A DNA stretch of 63,823 nt, filler included, from an uncultured Rhodopirellula sp. (GTDB taxonomy: Bacteria > Planctomycetota > Planctomycetia > Pirellulales > Pirellulaceae), in the NCBI GenBank assembly GCA_964007735.1. It is 3 parts of 3 records of this genome, joined end to end, with 100 filler letters (N's around TTAATTAATTAA, not from the genome) between each part and the next. Parts side by side here need not be neighbours in the genome. Positions count along the whole stretch, not along the records: positions 22,179 to 43,855 come from CAXGAI010000063.1; positions 43,956 to 63,823 come from CAXGAI010000065.1; 1 more part is not named here. The stretch is one strand, 5' to 3'. Shown in pieces: positions 40,060 to 49,374 of the stretch (positions are counted from its first letter, which is position 1; each line of letters begins with the position of its first letter). The position numbers and the translations under genes are program-made. The notes beneath the pieces are model-generated. The model did no database searches. It was not told the origin of the DNA and saw only the letters and a program-made list of their open reading frames with translations.

Positions 40060-40959
40060 TTACAAATCAATGAGCATTAACAGTCGCTCTAACTCCTGCT
40101 GTGTCTCCAGGTCCATTTTCCACTCGATAGGATTTCGTCGCACATCCGTGGTAAATAAACCCTGTCGCTTCATCATGTACTTTTCGATCGCCAAAAAACC
40201 ATCAAGCCCGGCTTGCAATTGCAAACTGACCAACGCGCAAAGTGGTAAGTAATGTTCGTATGCCTTGCCAATCTCTTCCGCCTGCAATGCTTCCCACACT
40301 TTGAGAACCTGAGGGAGAAATTCCATCCCGGGAATTGTACCGGCAATCCCACGGTGATAGGAATCCATCAAAGAAATCCCTCCGGAACCTTCAAAGATTC
40401 TTGCTGCACCTTCGGTGGCGTCGCGTAATAACGAAAGCCGGGGGCCCATCGGATTAGCTTCGGGCTTAAACATTACTTTTTCCGACCCGAACCTTTCAAA
40501 CAAACAGACGCTCACTTCAAGCGGGATCTCATTACCAACGTATCCAGACGCATCCTGTACGATCAAAGGCAAGCCACCCAACTCCAAAATCTGCGTGTAG
40601 TAATCCGTCAGCCCCTGAGCATCAAGTTGCTTTTTTGTTGGCGGTATCGCCATGACTGCGTCGGCACCTGCTTGCCGCGCCATTTGTGCATAGATGACAG
40701 CTTGTTCTATGGATTCAGCGCCCACACTCGCTACAAACGAACGGGCTCCACGGTCAAATTCGCCAATCCATCGGTGTAATGTCTCACGTTCAACATCGTC
40801 AAGACGAAGAAGCTCGGAAACCATACCGGTACACAGTCCATCAATCTCTAAAGAACACGCCCACTCCAATTCACGTACAAGGCTTGCACGATCTAATTCC
40901 CCATTCTCTAAAAATGGGGTGTGTACAACTGGAATCACGCCGTGAATCTGTTTTATCAT
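40060..40959 (-). CDS. Dihydrodipicolinate synthase/N-acetylneuraminate lyase family aldolase or dehydratase
   Basis: GVIPVVHTPF, GMVSE, GADAVMAIPP, Schiff-base Lys in FKPE, GTIPG. Confidence 0.85.
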   Translation of the reverse strand: MIKQIHGVIPVVHTPFLENGELDRASLVRELEWACSLEIDGLCTGMVSELLRLDDVERETLHRWIGEFDRGARSFVASVGAESIEQAVIYAQMARQAGADAVMAIPPTKKQLDAQGLTDYYTQILELGGLPLIVQDASGYVGNEIPLEVSVCLFERFGSEKVMFKPEANPMGPRLSLLRDATEGAARIFEGSGGISLMDSYHRGIAGTIPGMEFLPQVLKVWEALQAEEIGKAYEHYLPLCALVSLQLQAGLDGFLAIEKYMMKRQGLFTTDVRRNPIEWKMDLETQQELERLLMLIDL

Positions 40960-41049
40960 GAAAGCGGTACCTTAACCCGGTCCATCACTTCTTGTTAACT
41001 AATACGACAGGCCAATCCCTGCCAAACCCTATTCTAGTAAATCTCTCCC

Positions 41050-42228
41050 ATGAAAATCACCTCCATCGAGCCATTGATCTGCAATGCCCGTATGCGCAAC
41101 TGGATCTTTGTCAAAATCACAACGGATCAACCCGGACTCATCGGCTGGGGAGAGGCGACACTGGAATGGCATACTCGAAGTGTCGTCGGGGCAATTGAAG
41201 ACCTGACGCCGCTACTTCTTGGAGAGGATCCAAGCCGCGTGGAATATCTCTGGCAAAAGATGTATCGACAACACTTTTGGCATGGCAACGGAATAACACG
41301 AAGTACAGCCATTTCCGGAATCGATATCGCGCTTTGGGACATCGCAGGAAAAGTAGCCGGAATCCCTTGTCACCAACTCTGGGGCGGGCCCGTTAGAGAC
41401 TGGATTCGTACATACTGTCATCTCGGTGGTGGCCGGATGGAGGATTTTTATGAAACTCCCGTCGAAGATGCTAAGCAGTTTGGTGAATTAGCAAACGAGG
41501 CGGTTGAGCAGGGTTACACAGCCTTCAAGAGCATGGCAGTACCACCCACCGCACCGCTGGAAGGGTTACGACCTATTCAGCGGGCAGAAGCTGCCGTTTC
41601 CGCTATGCGTGATGCCGTCGGACCGGAAATCGATATTATGGTTGACTGTCATGCCCGGCCAACCCCTTCCATGGGGCTGCAATTTGCCAAGGCACTGGAA
41701 CCCTATGGACTTTACTTTTTCGAGGAACCCTGCTGGCCAGAACAAATCGAAGGCCTCGCAAAAATCAATCAAGCAGTCACTACACCGATTGCGACCGGGG
41801 AAAGGCTTTGTGCTCTGGAAGATTTTAGGCGGTTGTTCGAAATTGGTGGATGCGACATTTGCCAGGCTGACCTCACACACTGTGGCGGATTCACAGGAGC
41901 TCGTCGAATTGCAGCCCTTGCAGACGCCCACAGAATCGCCATGGCTCCTCATAATCCACAAGGGCCGGTATCCACGGCTGCCTCACTCGAATTTGGTTTC
42001 TCTCAGCCCAACTACATCATCTGCGAATCAGTCCATGAAGATGTCCCCTGGAGAAACGACGTCGTCACTGAGGGATACACAATCGAAAAGGAAGGGCGTA
42101 TTGTGCGACCTAACAGTCGCCCCGGACTCGGGATCGAAATCAACGAAGACGCTATCAAACAGCATCCGTTTGAACAGGAACTACCACAGGTTGTCTTCTA
42201 TCCCGATGGCAGTGTAGGGGACTGGTAA
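41050..42228 (+). CDS. dgoD: Galactonate dehydratase
   Basis: [44 protein letters not shown]-terminal DGSVGDW. Confidence 0.85.
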   Translation: MKITSIEPLICNARMRNWIFVKITTDQPGLIGWGEATLEWHTRSVVGAIEDLTPLLLGEDPSRVEYLWQKMYRQHFWHGNGITRSTAISGIDIALWDIAGKVAGIPCHQLWGGPVRDWIRTYCHLGGGRMEDFYETPVEDAKQFGELANEAVEQGYTAFKSMAVPPTAPLEGLRPIQRAEAAVSAMRDAVGPEIDIMVDCHARPTPSMGLQFAKALEPYGLYFFEEPCWPEQIEGLAKINQAVTTPIATGERLCALEDFRRLFEIGGCDICQADLTHCGGFTGARRIAALADAHRIAMAPHNPQGPVSTAASLEFGFSQPNYIICESVHEDVPWRNDVVTEGYTIEKEGRIVRPNSRPGLGIEINEDAIKQHPFEQELPQVVFYPDGSVGDW

Positions 42229-42261
42229 ATATCGATTTAGAGGAACCTAAAACCAGCCAAT

Positions 42262-43698
42262 TCACCCCAAATTTAGCATCTTCACTGTGGCATCAATCAG
42301 CGTCTCAAGCCCCCCCTGTTTAATGACAGAGGCGTCCTCCTGATATAACCCTTTGCCATAACTGCTCTGATCCAACAGGTACCAGCAATCCGAGCCGTCT
42401 GCCAGAGTCCCCACCATGACAGCGCGATCACTAACCGCCTCCCTGACTTTGGTTTGGTAACAGTTATATAATTCCCCATTGAGTCCCAGCAGAACAATCT
42501 CACCAATGGACCAACTACGAATCGTATAGACAAACGAATCGATTGACTCCAACGTTGCAATCCTTGTTAATTTGCGATGTTCACGCTCTAAGAGTGCTCG
42601 GTTATCGCGACATTCGATCTCACTCCACCCCTGCCTCTCACCTGATTCACGCAAGGACTCCAGCTCAGCTATTTCGGCAGTCACCGAATCCACAGACCCT
42701 AAATCATCACGGTAGTCTAATAAGACCTCACGACGTTCTCGAGAAAACCCTGATAAATCCTCTAACTCCGAGGCCGTAAAATCTTTATAAGACCAAACTC
42801 CAATGGTTGCACCTGAGATGACAGCTCCGTCATAGCTATAACGTGCTGGAGATTCGGGCATTCCCGCAATGATTGATAAATTGGATAATCCAAGTTGTCG
42901 GCCATTGCGTTCTGCAACCTTAACATCCCCGACATAGCCCTCCCGGGGACCAACGTCACCAGAGGCGCCCTGAATGAAGACTATGGGAACCTTCCCCAAT
43001 GCGTGTCGCATGGATTTTCGCATCGAGCCTATATAGTCAGGACTAACCAGCGTATTGTCCCATGCTAATGTGGTCGGATGACAAGCGTAATTGGACAGAA
43101 TCGCTAACACAGTACCATCAGGCCTGGTGACCCTAATGACCAATAAGGTGGTATCAGCAGAACGCAACGGATTAAAACCACAGACAAAGCCTTCTCTTTC
43201 AACATCAAAGAAGTCTCTATTCGTCGCCAGACTACAATTTCCAGTTCCTGCACACAACCATGTTTCTTCGAAACTTCCTACCATTGCCTGACAGGAATCG
43301 CCTACTTTGCAGGCGGCTTCCTCCAGATACGGGTTGATCAGGTCTCCCCCAGGAAGATCATTTCTGCCGACGTCCATCAATCCGGCACCGTGCGTGTGGG
43401 TAAAGTAAACCACAATGTCATCCAGATGCACGCCAGAAGCGTCACTAACCGTCTGCTTGAAGGCATCATTAACATCCTTCCAGAACAGACAGTGGTCTAC
43501 TGAAAGCATCAGGAGTTCACCTGAGCCATCGTGCGCCCGCAACCACAGGATGTTGCATTCAAGTGGCTGGTGGATACCTTCCGCACGATCGTGCAGTGCA
43601 GCTCCCCACATTCGATGATAAATATTTTCGGGTGGAGTGATCTTTACAATGGAAGCTGCGGCCAAGCAGCGTCCGTATTGATAGGTTGTGTCGCGCAT
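42262..43698 (-). CDS. Neutral/alkaline ceramidase-like metallo-hydrolase
   Basis: ITPP, FTHTHGA, NYACHPT, SPDYIG, QGASGDV. Confidence 0.8.
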   Translation of the reverse strand: MRDTTYQYGRCLAAASIVKITPPENIYHRMWGAALHDRAEGIHQPLECNILWLRAHDGSGELLMLSVDHCLFWKDVNDAFKQTVSDASGVHLDDIVVYFTHTHGAGLMDVGRNDLPGGDLINPYLEEAACKVGDSCQAMVGSFEETWLCAGTGNCSLATNRDFFDVEREGFVCGFNPLRSADTTLLVIRVTRPDGTVLAILSNYACHPTTLAWDNTLVSPDYIGSMRKSMRHALGKVPIVFIQGASGDVGPREGYVGDVKVAERNGRQLGLSNLSIIAGMPESPARYSYDGAVISGATIGVWSYKDFTASELEDLSGFSRERREVLLDYRDDLGSVDSVTAEIAELESLRESGERQGWSEIECRDNRALLEREHRKLTRIATLESIDSFVYTIRSWSIGEIVLLGLNGELYNCYQTKVREAVSDRAVMVGTLADGSDCWYLLDQSSYGKGLYQEDASVIKQGGLETLIDATVKMLNLG

Positions 43699-43732
43699 AA
43701 AAAACCCCGGTCGTTAATAGAACAACCGGGGT
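43699..43732 (-). terminator. Intrinsic terminator abutting the downstream ATG
   Basis: Minus strand ACCCCGGTTGTT-CTATT-AACGACCGGGGT followed by TTTTT and then ATG. Confidence 0.7.
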
Positions 43733-43762
43733 ATTATAGCTTTTTTCAAGTCCTCACGACTA

Positions 43763-43855
43763 TTACCACTGTCCAAAGACGTCGTCGGCAAGTTCGTCAA
43801 TGGTCGATTCAAGATCACTTGAATCTTCCTCAACGACATCCTGGCTTCCGCCAGT
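43763..43855 (-). CDS. C-terminal fragment of a large secreted protein (truncated by the contig end)
   Basis: Manual translation TGGSQDVVEEDSSDLESTIDELADDVFGQW*, resembling the acidic 'lE..id.lA.Dv...W' tail of planctomycete extracellular proteins; followed by a terminator. Confidence 0.65.
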   Translation of the reverse strand, partial: TGGSQDVVEEDSSDLESTIDELADDVFGQW

Positions 43856-43955
43856 NNNNNNNNNNNNNNNNNNNNNNNNNNNNNNNNNNNNNNNNNNNNT
43901 TAATTAATTAANNNNNNNNNNNNNNNNNNNNNNNNNNNNNNNNNNNNNNNNNNNN
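43856..43955. other. Artificial contig-joining spacer
   Basis: 44 N + TTAATTAATTAA + 44 N. Confidence 0.97.
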
Positions 43956-43956
43956 A

Positions 43957-46683
43957 GCAGATTTCTTCGTTATTAATCCGGAGGCACAAGGTGGAAGTAT
44001 TCAGGTAGATGGTGGTGCAGAAAACGACACTATCGATCTTTCTCAGTTGCATTCAGATTTTGTTCACGAAATGAATGGTGTTAGCAGCTCATCAGAATCT
44101 CCCGATGGTACGGTGATGACTTTTGGTGATGTTGAGGTTCTGTCAGGAAGTCAGGGTGACGACTATGTGAAGTTTCTCGATAACTTTGGATTAGCCCCTG
44201 ATTTTGGTGTTATTCATGGTAATGCTGGCCTTAATACTTTGGACTATGATGAGTTTCCGACACGCGTTGACGTCGATTTGTCCGTGGGGGCTGCCTCAGG
44301 AACTGCAGAGGCAACTCAGTTTGATGATGTGATTGGTAGTAAGTTTGATGATGAGCTAATAGGCTCCGAGGGCGCCAATCGAATTGTTGGAAATGCTGGT
44401 TCCGATGACCTGATTGGTCGGGGTGGGGCAGATCATTACGAGTTTGGCGATGATGGGAGCGGTTTAGAGGTCGACAACCTTGTTGATAATGACTTCTATC
44501 CGAACTCGCGAAATGTCATTGATCTCAGCGCTGCCAGTACCAACATTGATGTGACAGTGTCAGGCGTTTCTGCCACAATCCTTCAGAATGGACGCCGTCA
44601 GATTTCTGTTTACGACATTGCAAACATCGGTGAACTGCGAACAGGTAGCGGAGAAGATTCGATTGAGCTTTGGGATACGATTTCGTCAGGCTTCTCTTTC
44701 CCGACGCTTTTTCCTTTGGTGCCGCTAGCCAATCAATTAGATGATGGCCTTCGCGTATTTGGCGGGGCAGGAGATGATACATATATTATTCCGGGTTCTT
44801 TCAGTACGGAAGTTGGTATCGTAGAGGCATTTGACGTTTGGGATTTAACTCCAAATCCCCCGACTTTGATTGCCGGGGGAATGGACACGTTGGATTTCAG
44901 AGCGAAAGTCGATTCAACCAAAGTTTCTCTAAATGAGCTGACAGCGGTCGACTCTATAAGTGGATATGCTGTGCGTTTATATAACCCATTGATCGATCAA
45001 ATGACGGCAGCAGTGTTGGGTGGTGACGATGTAGCAGGATTCAGTTTGTTCGAAAATGTGCTGACTGGTAGCGGTGACGATATTATCTTTGGCAATGACA
45101 ATGACAACCTGATTGACTCCGGGAACGGTTCCGATGTCGTTTACGGTTTAGCGGGTGCAGATGAAATCGTTGTGCACGGTGCTAATGGCGAAACGAACCT
45201 TGTGGCTGGCGGTGCCGGCCATGATCTTTATCGTCTTCAGGGTGATTTTAGTAGTGGCCCTGATAACCGAATCTTTGAAGCAGGCGCATCGATGACACCA
45301 GGTACTGGAAAATTGACTCCAGGCGGGAATGATACGATTGAGTTGGAGGCGTTGGCGAGTAATTGTGTTTACGTAAATCTTCAGGGAGATGTTGCTGAGG
45401 ATTTGGAGGACTGTGATGGTGACGATATTTCGGTTGCGGCCGGGACTGTCGGTATGAAGTCCCCAGGTGTTGCTTATACAGAGGTCCTGAGTTTACACGG
45501 CGAATTAATGCCGATTGTTGACTTCGACACAATTCATTCCATTCATGATGTTCAGACAGAGATTAGTGCAAGCGGCGATACCTACGATTCGAATGGTCGT
45601 TTTGTTGAGAATGTGCTTGGAACTTCCACCGGTCAAAACTGGATTTGGGCTAATGGAGCAGACAATATCTTAACCGGCGGCCAACAAGCGGATACCTTTA
45701 CCGCTACCAGAGGCGGGGATCATTTTATCTATGGTGCGGAAGGAAATGATTCCATGCTTCTCGGTCCCACTGGGTTTGCCAGTCATCTGAACACGAGCGG
45801 GAAAGGGATTTTGTTCGAAGCGGATGGAATGATTCCTGTTGCTGATTTGGATGGCGCGATTGTCCTCGTAGGTGATTTCGATAGTCTCGAATTCCATGCT
45901 TATGAGTTTGATAACAATGTATCCACCAGTTGGCCTGGTATCCAGACAATCACAATTGGTTCCTATCCGACCGTTGTTGAAATGGAACAAGTTGAGCTTG
46001 GATTAGCTACGTATGCCGATGAACAAAAACTTGGTTATGCCATCAATCAACTGCAAGATGCGATTTACAATGATTTCTCCCGCTATGATGCTGATCCGAC
46101 AACTCCTGAGGCAGCAATTAATGTTGTAGGGACTGGTTTGGGACTGCCAGGAGAAGGTGTTGCTGTGACGGTTGTCAATGGTCTTGCCAATTCGGTTCGA
46201 ACCTACGACCTGGATCACCTTTATGAACATCAGGCAGGCGAACGTGTGATTGGTAATAACGTACTTATCGGCGGCGATGGTATGGATTCAATGATCAGTC
46301 ATGACGGTTCCGATCTGATTTTGGCAGATGAGGCCGACCTGTCATTCTTGGGGCTGTACTCTACGGGTGAAAAGCTCGAATTTATTAATGAGCTTAATAA
46401 TATTTGGCGTGCCGATGATGATTCAGCTGAAACCCGCATGGACGAGATGCTGGCTCTGCTAAATACAAAATCCGGTTATGCACATAGCAGTTTGAACGAT
46501 TACCTGACAGATGACGGGGATGTCGATACCGTCCGTCTTGACTCCGATTACGAGATCGATGTACCGGATAATGAATGGTCGAAGGGCGTGGATGTATTCT
46601 TTGGAACGGTTTCTCAGGATCAGATAGAAGATTCTGCTGAGATGTCACCTGAGGAAGATGACTTAATAAACGGCCTGCCCTAA
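43957..46683 (+). CDS. RTX/haemolysin-type Ca-binding repeat surface protein (5' part lost)
   Basis: Frame open from the contig edge (ADFFVINPEAQGG...); many GGxGxDxL-type nonapeptides (GNAGSDDLI, GRGGADHYE, GGAGDDTYI, GGAGHDLYR, GGDGMDSMI); very acidic. Confidence 0.9.
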   Translation, partial: ADFFVINPEAQGGSIQVDGGAENDTIDLSQLHSDFVHEMNGVSSSSESPDGTVMTFGDVEVLSGSQGDDYVKFLDNFGLAPDFGVIHGNAGLNTLDYDEFPTRVDVDLSVGAASGTAEATQFDDVIGSKFDDELIGSEGANRIVGNAGSDDLIGRGGADHYEFGDDGSGLEVDNLVDNDFYPNSRNVIDLSAASTNIDVTVSGVSATILQNGRRQISVYDIANIGELRTGSGEDSIELWDTISSGFSFPTLFPLVPLANQLDDGLRVFGGAGDDTYIIPGSFSTEVGIVEAFDVWDLTPNPPTLIAGGMDTLDFRAKVDSTKVSLNELTAVDSISGYAVRLYNPLIDQMTAAVLGGDDVAGFSLFENVLTGSGDDIIFGNDNDNLIDSGNGSDVVYGLAGADEIVVHGANGETNLVAGGAGHDLYRLQGDFSSGPDNRIFEAGASMTPGTGKLTPGGNDTIELEALASNCVYVNLQGDVAEDLEDCDGDDISVAAGTVGMKSPGVAYTEVLSLHGELMPIVDFDTIHSIHDVQTEISASGDTYDSNGRFVENVLGTSTGQNWIWANGADNILTGGQQADTFTATRGGDHFIYGAEGNDSMLLGPTGFASHLNTSGKGILFEADGMIPVADLDGAIVLVGDFDSLEFHAYEFDNNVSTSWPGIQTITIGSYPTVVEMEQVELGLATYADEQKLGYAINQLQDAIYNDFSRYDADPTTPEAAINVVGTGLGLPGEGVAVTVVNGLANSVRTYDLDHLYEHQAGERVIGNNVLIGGDGMDSMISHDGSDLILADEADLSFLGLYSTGEKLEFINELNNIWRADDDSAETRMDEMLALLNTKSGYAHSSLNDYLTDDGDVDTVRLDSDYEIDVPDNEWSKGVDVFFGTVSQDQIEDSAEMSPEEDDLINGLP

Positions 46684-46779
46684 ACCGTTTGCTACATGGA
46701 AGGTGCTAGGATTCGATTGAAGTCGGTGAATCCTAAATTTGGAAGCCTGATCAATGGCGCTGATTCAACTGGGCGCATT

Positions 46780-46819
46780 AAAAAACTCTCGCCTTCCGAT
46801 AGGTCGGGTGGCGAGAGTT
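46780..46819 (-). terminator. Intrinsic terminator
   Basis: Minus strand AACTCTCGCC...GGCGAGAGTT followed by TTTT, downstream of the NIPSNAP gene. Confidence 0.75.
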
Positions 46820-46844
46820 AAATGGTGATCCTATTCAAAGGACT

Positions 46845-47594
46845 TTATTTAATCTTCGAGTAATCTGTCGACTGCATGTAGACCGAGACGGGCGGCTTAG
46901 CCAATCGTCCCACGCCTGAAGCTGCAGCGGCCGCTTTCCAGTCAGGGTCAGCAATGAAGCCCTTCCAGGATGTAGCAGCAGCCTCTTTGCTTTCGTGCCA
47001 GATGATGTAGTACAGGTGATCCTTGGCCTGAGGTTCGTCCGTCGCATGCCAATAGGCCAGATTTTTCATGCCATGCTTTTCAAACAAGCTTATTGTATGA
47101 TCCCGGAATCGTGCATCCAGCTTTCCAAGTTTACCTTCGGCCGCCTGATAGATTCGTAATTCAAAGAATCCACCTTCTTTTCCATTTTTCCATTTCTTCT
47201 TGGGAGTGTAGTCGGTGGCTTGCAAAAAGGTTGCTTCTGGTGCTTTAGACAAAAGCGGACCATCAACACGTGAAGCTTTGAAAACCTTTTGCCAAACAGG
47301 ATCATTGCGGAATCCGTCCCATGACTTGGCAGCGTGCTCACGACTCTTATGGCTAAGTACATAGATTAATGTGTCTTTAGAACCTTCGGGTACCCAGTAA
47401 CCCATGTTGGTCATGCCATGTTTTTCAAACAATTTCACGGTGTGATCCCGGAATCGAGCATGTAGGTCGTCCAGCTTTCCTTCATTGGTTGTATAGATAC
47501 GTAATTCAAATACTTCAGCGTTGGCGCTGTCGTTCATAAAAATAGCTCCTAGCAGTAAAACGGTTGCTAGTGATGTTAGAATTCTAGTCATCAT
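46845..47594 (-). CDS. Secreted tandem NIPSNAP-domain protein
   Basis: Two copies of FELRIY...GKL..L.ARFRDHT..LFEKHGM.N..YW...TDY; signal peptide. Confidence 0.92.
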   Translation of the reverse strand: MMTRILTSLATVLLLGAIFMNDSANAEVFELRIYTTNEGKLDDLHARFRDHTVKLFEKHGMTNMGYWVPEGSKDTLIYVLSHKSREHAAKSWDGFRNDPVWQKVFKASRVDGPLLSKAPEATFLQATDYTPKKKWKNGKEGGFFELRIYQAAEGKLGKLDARFRDHTISLFEKHGMKNLAYWHATDEPQAKDHLYYIIWHESKEAAATSWKGFIADPDWKAAAAASGVGRLAKPPVSVYMQSTDYSKIK

Positions 47595-47681
47595 TCGATC
47601 TCAACTTAAAAATAACTAAGCCCTTTTAGGCGAGGGTAAGGGCCGGCAAATAAACAGCGATATCAAGTCGCGGCAATTACG

Positions 47682-47752
47682 ATTATAGCCTTTTCCGCAG
47701 GCCAGTTGGCTTCGGTTCAAGAGGATGTCTCAAAACAGGAAGTCGTTATAAT
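47682..47752. promoter_or_regulatory. Divergent promoter region with two consensus -10 hexamers
   Basis: TATAAT on the minus strand (47682-47687) and the plus strand (47747-47752), each upstream of its gene; no clear -35 elements. Confidence 0.4.
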
Positions 47753-47792
47753 CAACCATAAACCTAATGGATATGAGTTCTGAGAAAGACGC

Positions 47793-49358
47793 ATGAATTT
47801 AACTTTTCGAAATATCGCTCTTTGTTTACTAGTTTTCCTGTTTGCCGGCCCGACCATTGCTGTGGCCGAACAACGGCGACCCAATGTTGTTTTTTTCTTA
47901 TTAGATGACCTGGGTTGGAAAGATCTGGGATGCTACGGTAGCGACTTTTATGAAACGCCCAATATTGACGCCTTTGCAAAGCAGAGCGTCCGATTCACTC
48001 AGGCTTATGCCACGTGCCACGTGTGTTCACCAACACGTGCAAGTATTATGACCGGTAAGTATCCGGCTCGTTTAGACATGACTGACTGGCTTTCAGGGCG
48101 GCGTGAGTTTCCATTTCAGCAACTTTTAAATGCGGAAATTCATCAGTATCTTCCTCTCTCGGAAGTGACGGTTGCCGAGGCACTGAAAACAGCCGGTTAT
48201 GCGACCGCTCATATTGGAAAATGGCATTTGGGCGAAGAGCCCCACGGGCCGACCGCTCAAGGTTTCGACTTGCAGATTCCTCGCTGGAACAAAGGTTGGC
48301 CCCGCCGTGGGTATCATGCTCCTTTTGGACTCGAAGGACTTGCCGACGAACCCGGTCAATATCTTACGGATCGTTTGACCGATGAAGCCCTGAAATTTAT
48401 CGAATCCAAGAAGGACGAACCCTTCTTTTTATATATGTCCCACTACGCAGTACACGACCCAATTCACGGTCGTAAAGATCTGGTCGAAAAGTACCAACAG
48501 AAACTCGCTGGTATGAAAAGATCCAAAGGGCCGGCGTTCATTCTCGAAGGAAACCCCGACGATCCGGTTCCTTTGGCCGGATTGATCGACACACCAGAAT
48601 TTGCACCCTTTAGTGTGCTCCCGCATCGAACGGTGAAGATTAAGCAGCATCAGGACAATGTTGAGTTCGCTGCGATGGTAGAGACCGTCGATGAAAGCCT
48701 GGGACGCATCCGGGATAAACTCAAGTCTCTGGGGTTATCAGAAAACACCATTGTGATTCTTTTTTCTGATAACGGCGGTATGTCAGCCGGGAACTTTGGA
48801 AATCCTAAACGGGTGATCAATCCGAATGCGCTTGATGCAGCCTACTCCACTTCCAATTTACCTTTGCGTGGTGCGAAAGGTTTTCTTTACGAAGGAGGAA
48901 TTCGTGAGCCAATGATTGTCCACTGGCCAGGCCATCATAAGCAGGGCTACGTTTGCGATGTGCCGGTTGTAAGTACGGACTTTTATCCAACGATCCTTGA
49001 AATGGTAGGTCTCGAGGCGATGCCGGAACAACATCCGGACGGCCTAAGTATTACCTCGCTCGTTCAAGGTGGTAAGTCCATTGAGCGAGACGGTATTTAC
49101 TGGCACTTTCCGCATTACAGCAATCATGGAATGCAAAGTCCAGGTGGTGCCATTCGGGTTGATGACTGGAAGTTATTGGAATATTACGAAAATGGCACGG
49201 TCCAGCTTTTCAATCTGAAGAATGATCTTGGCGAGCGAAAGGATCTGGCGCTGAGACATCCTGAAAAGGCAGCGGAACTCCGTCAGCAATTACATGCATG
49301 GCGTGAACGCGTTGGAGCCAATATGATGCCGCCCAACCCGGATTATCAGGCGCCCTAA
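47793..49358 (+). CDS. Sulfatase (S1, Cys-type)
   Basis: PNVVFFLLDDLG, CSPTRASIMTG, GKWHLG, FSDNGG, KGFLYEGGIR; signal peptide. Confidence 0.96.
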   Translation: MNLTFRNIALCLLVFLFAGPTIAVAEQRRPNVVFFLLDDLGWKDLGCYGSDFYETPNIDAFAKQSVRFTQAYATCHVCSPTRASIMTGKYPARLDMTDWLSGRREFPFQQLLNAEIHQYLPLSEVTVAEALKTAGYATAHIGKWHLGEEPHGPTAQGFDLQIPRWNKGWPRRGYHAPFGLEGLADEPGQYLTDRLTDEALKFIESKKDEPFFLYMSHYAVHDPIHGRKDLVEKYQQKLAGMKRSKGPAFILEGNPDDPVPLAGLIDTPEFAPFSVLPHRTVKIKQHQDNVEFAAMVETVDESLGRIRDKLKSLGLSENTIVILFSDNGGMSAGNFGNPKRVINPNALDAAYSTSNLPLRGAKGFLYEGGIREPMIVHWPGHHKQGYVCDVPVVSTDFYPTILEMVGLEAMPEQHPDGLSITSLVQGGKSIERDGIYWHFPHYSNHGMQSPGGAIRVDDWKLLEYYENGTVQLFNLKNDLGERKDLALRHPEKAAELRQQLHAWRERVGANMMPPNPDYQAP

Positions 49359-49374
49359 AACTGGTTGTGTTTTT

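Noticed and set aside
41504..42217. 237-aa alternative-frame ORF inside dgoD
   Set aside because: Fully nested in a well-conserved gene, with no recognisable motifs; a frame shadow.
43531..43911. 126-aa ORF running into the N spacer
   Set aside because: Antisense to real genes and extended by ambiguous bases.
22079..43955. Identical TTAATTAATTAA palindromes inside N runs as a biological repeat or att site
   Set aside because: Both are identical 44+12+44 spacers with stops in all six frames, i.e. artificial contig linkers. No synteny was inferred across them.
47050..47510. Direct DNA repeats (TGATCCCGGAATCG, CATGCCATG.TTTTCAAACAA) as a repeat element or DGR template/variable pair
   Set aside because: Explained by the in-frame tandem duplication of the NIPSNAP domain; no reverse transcriptase is present.
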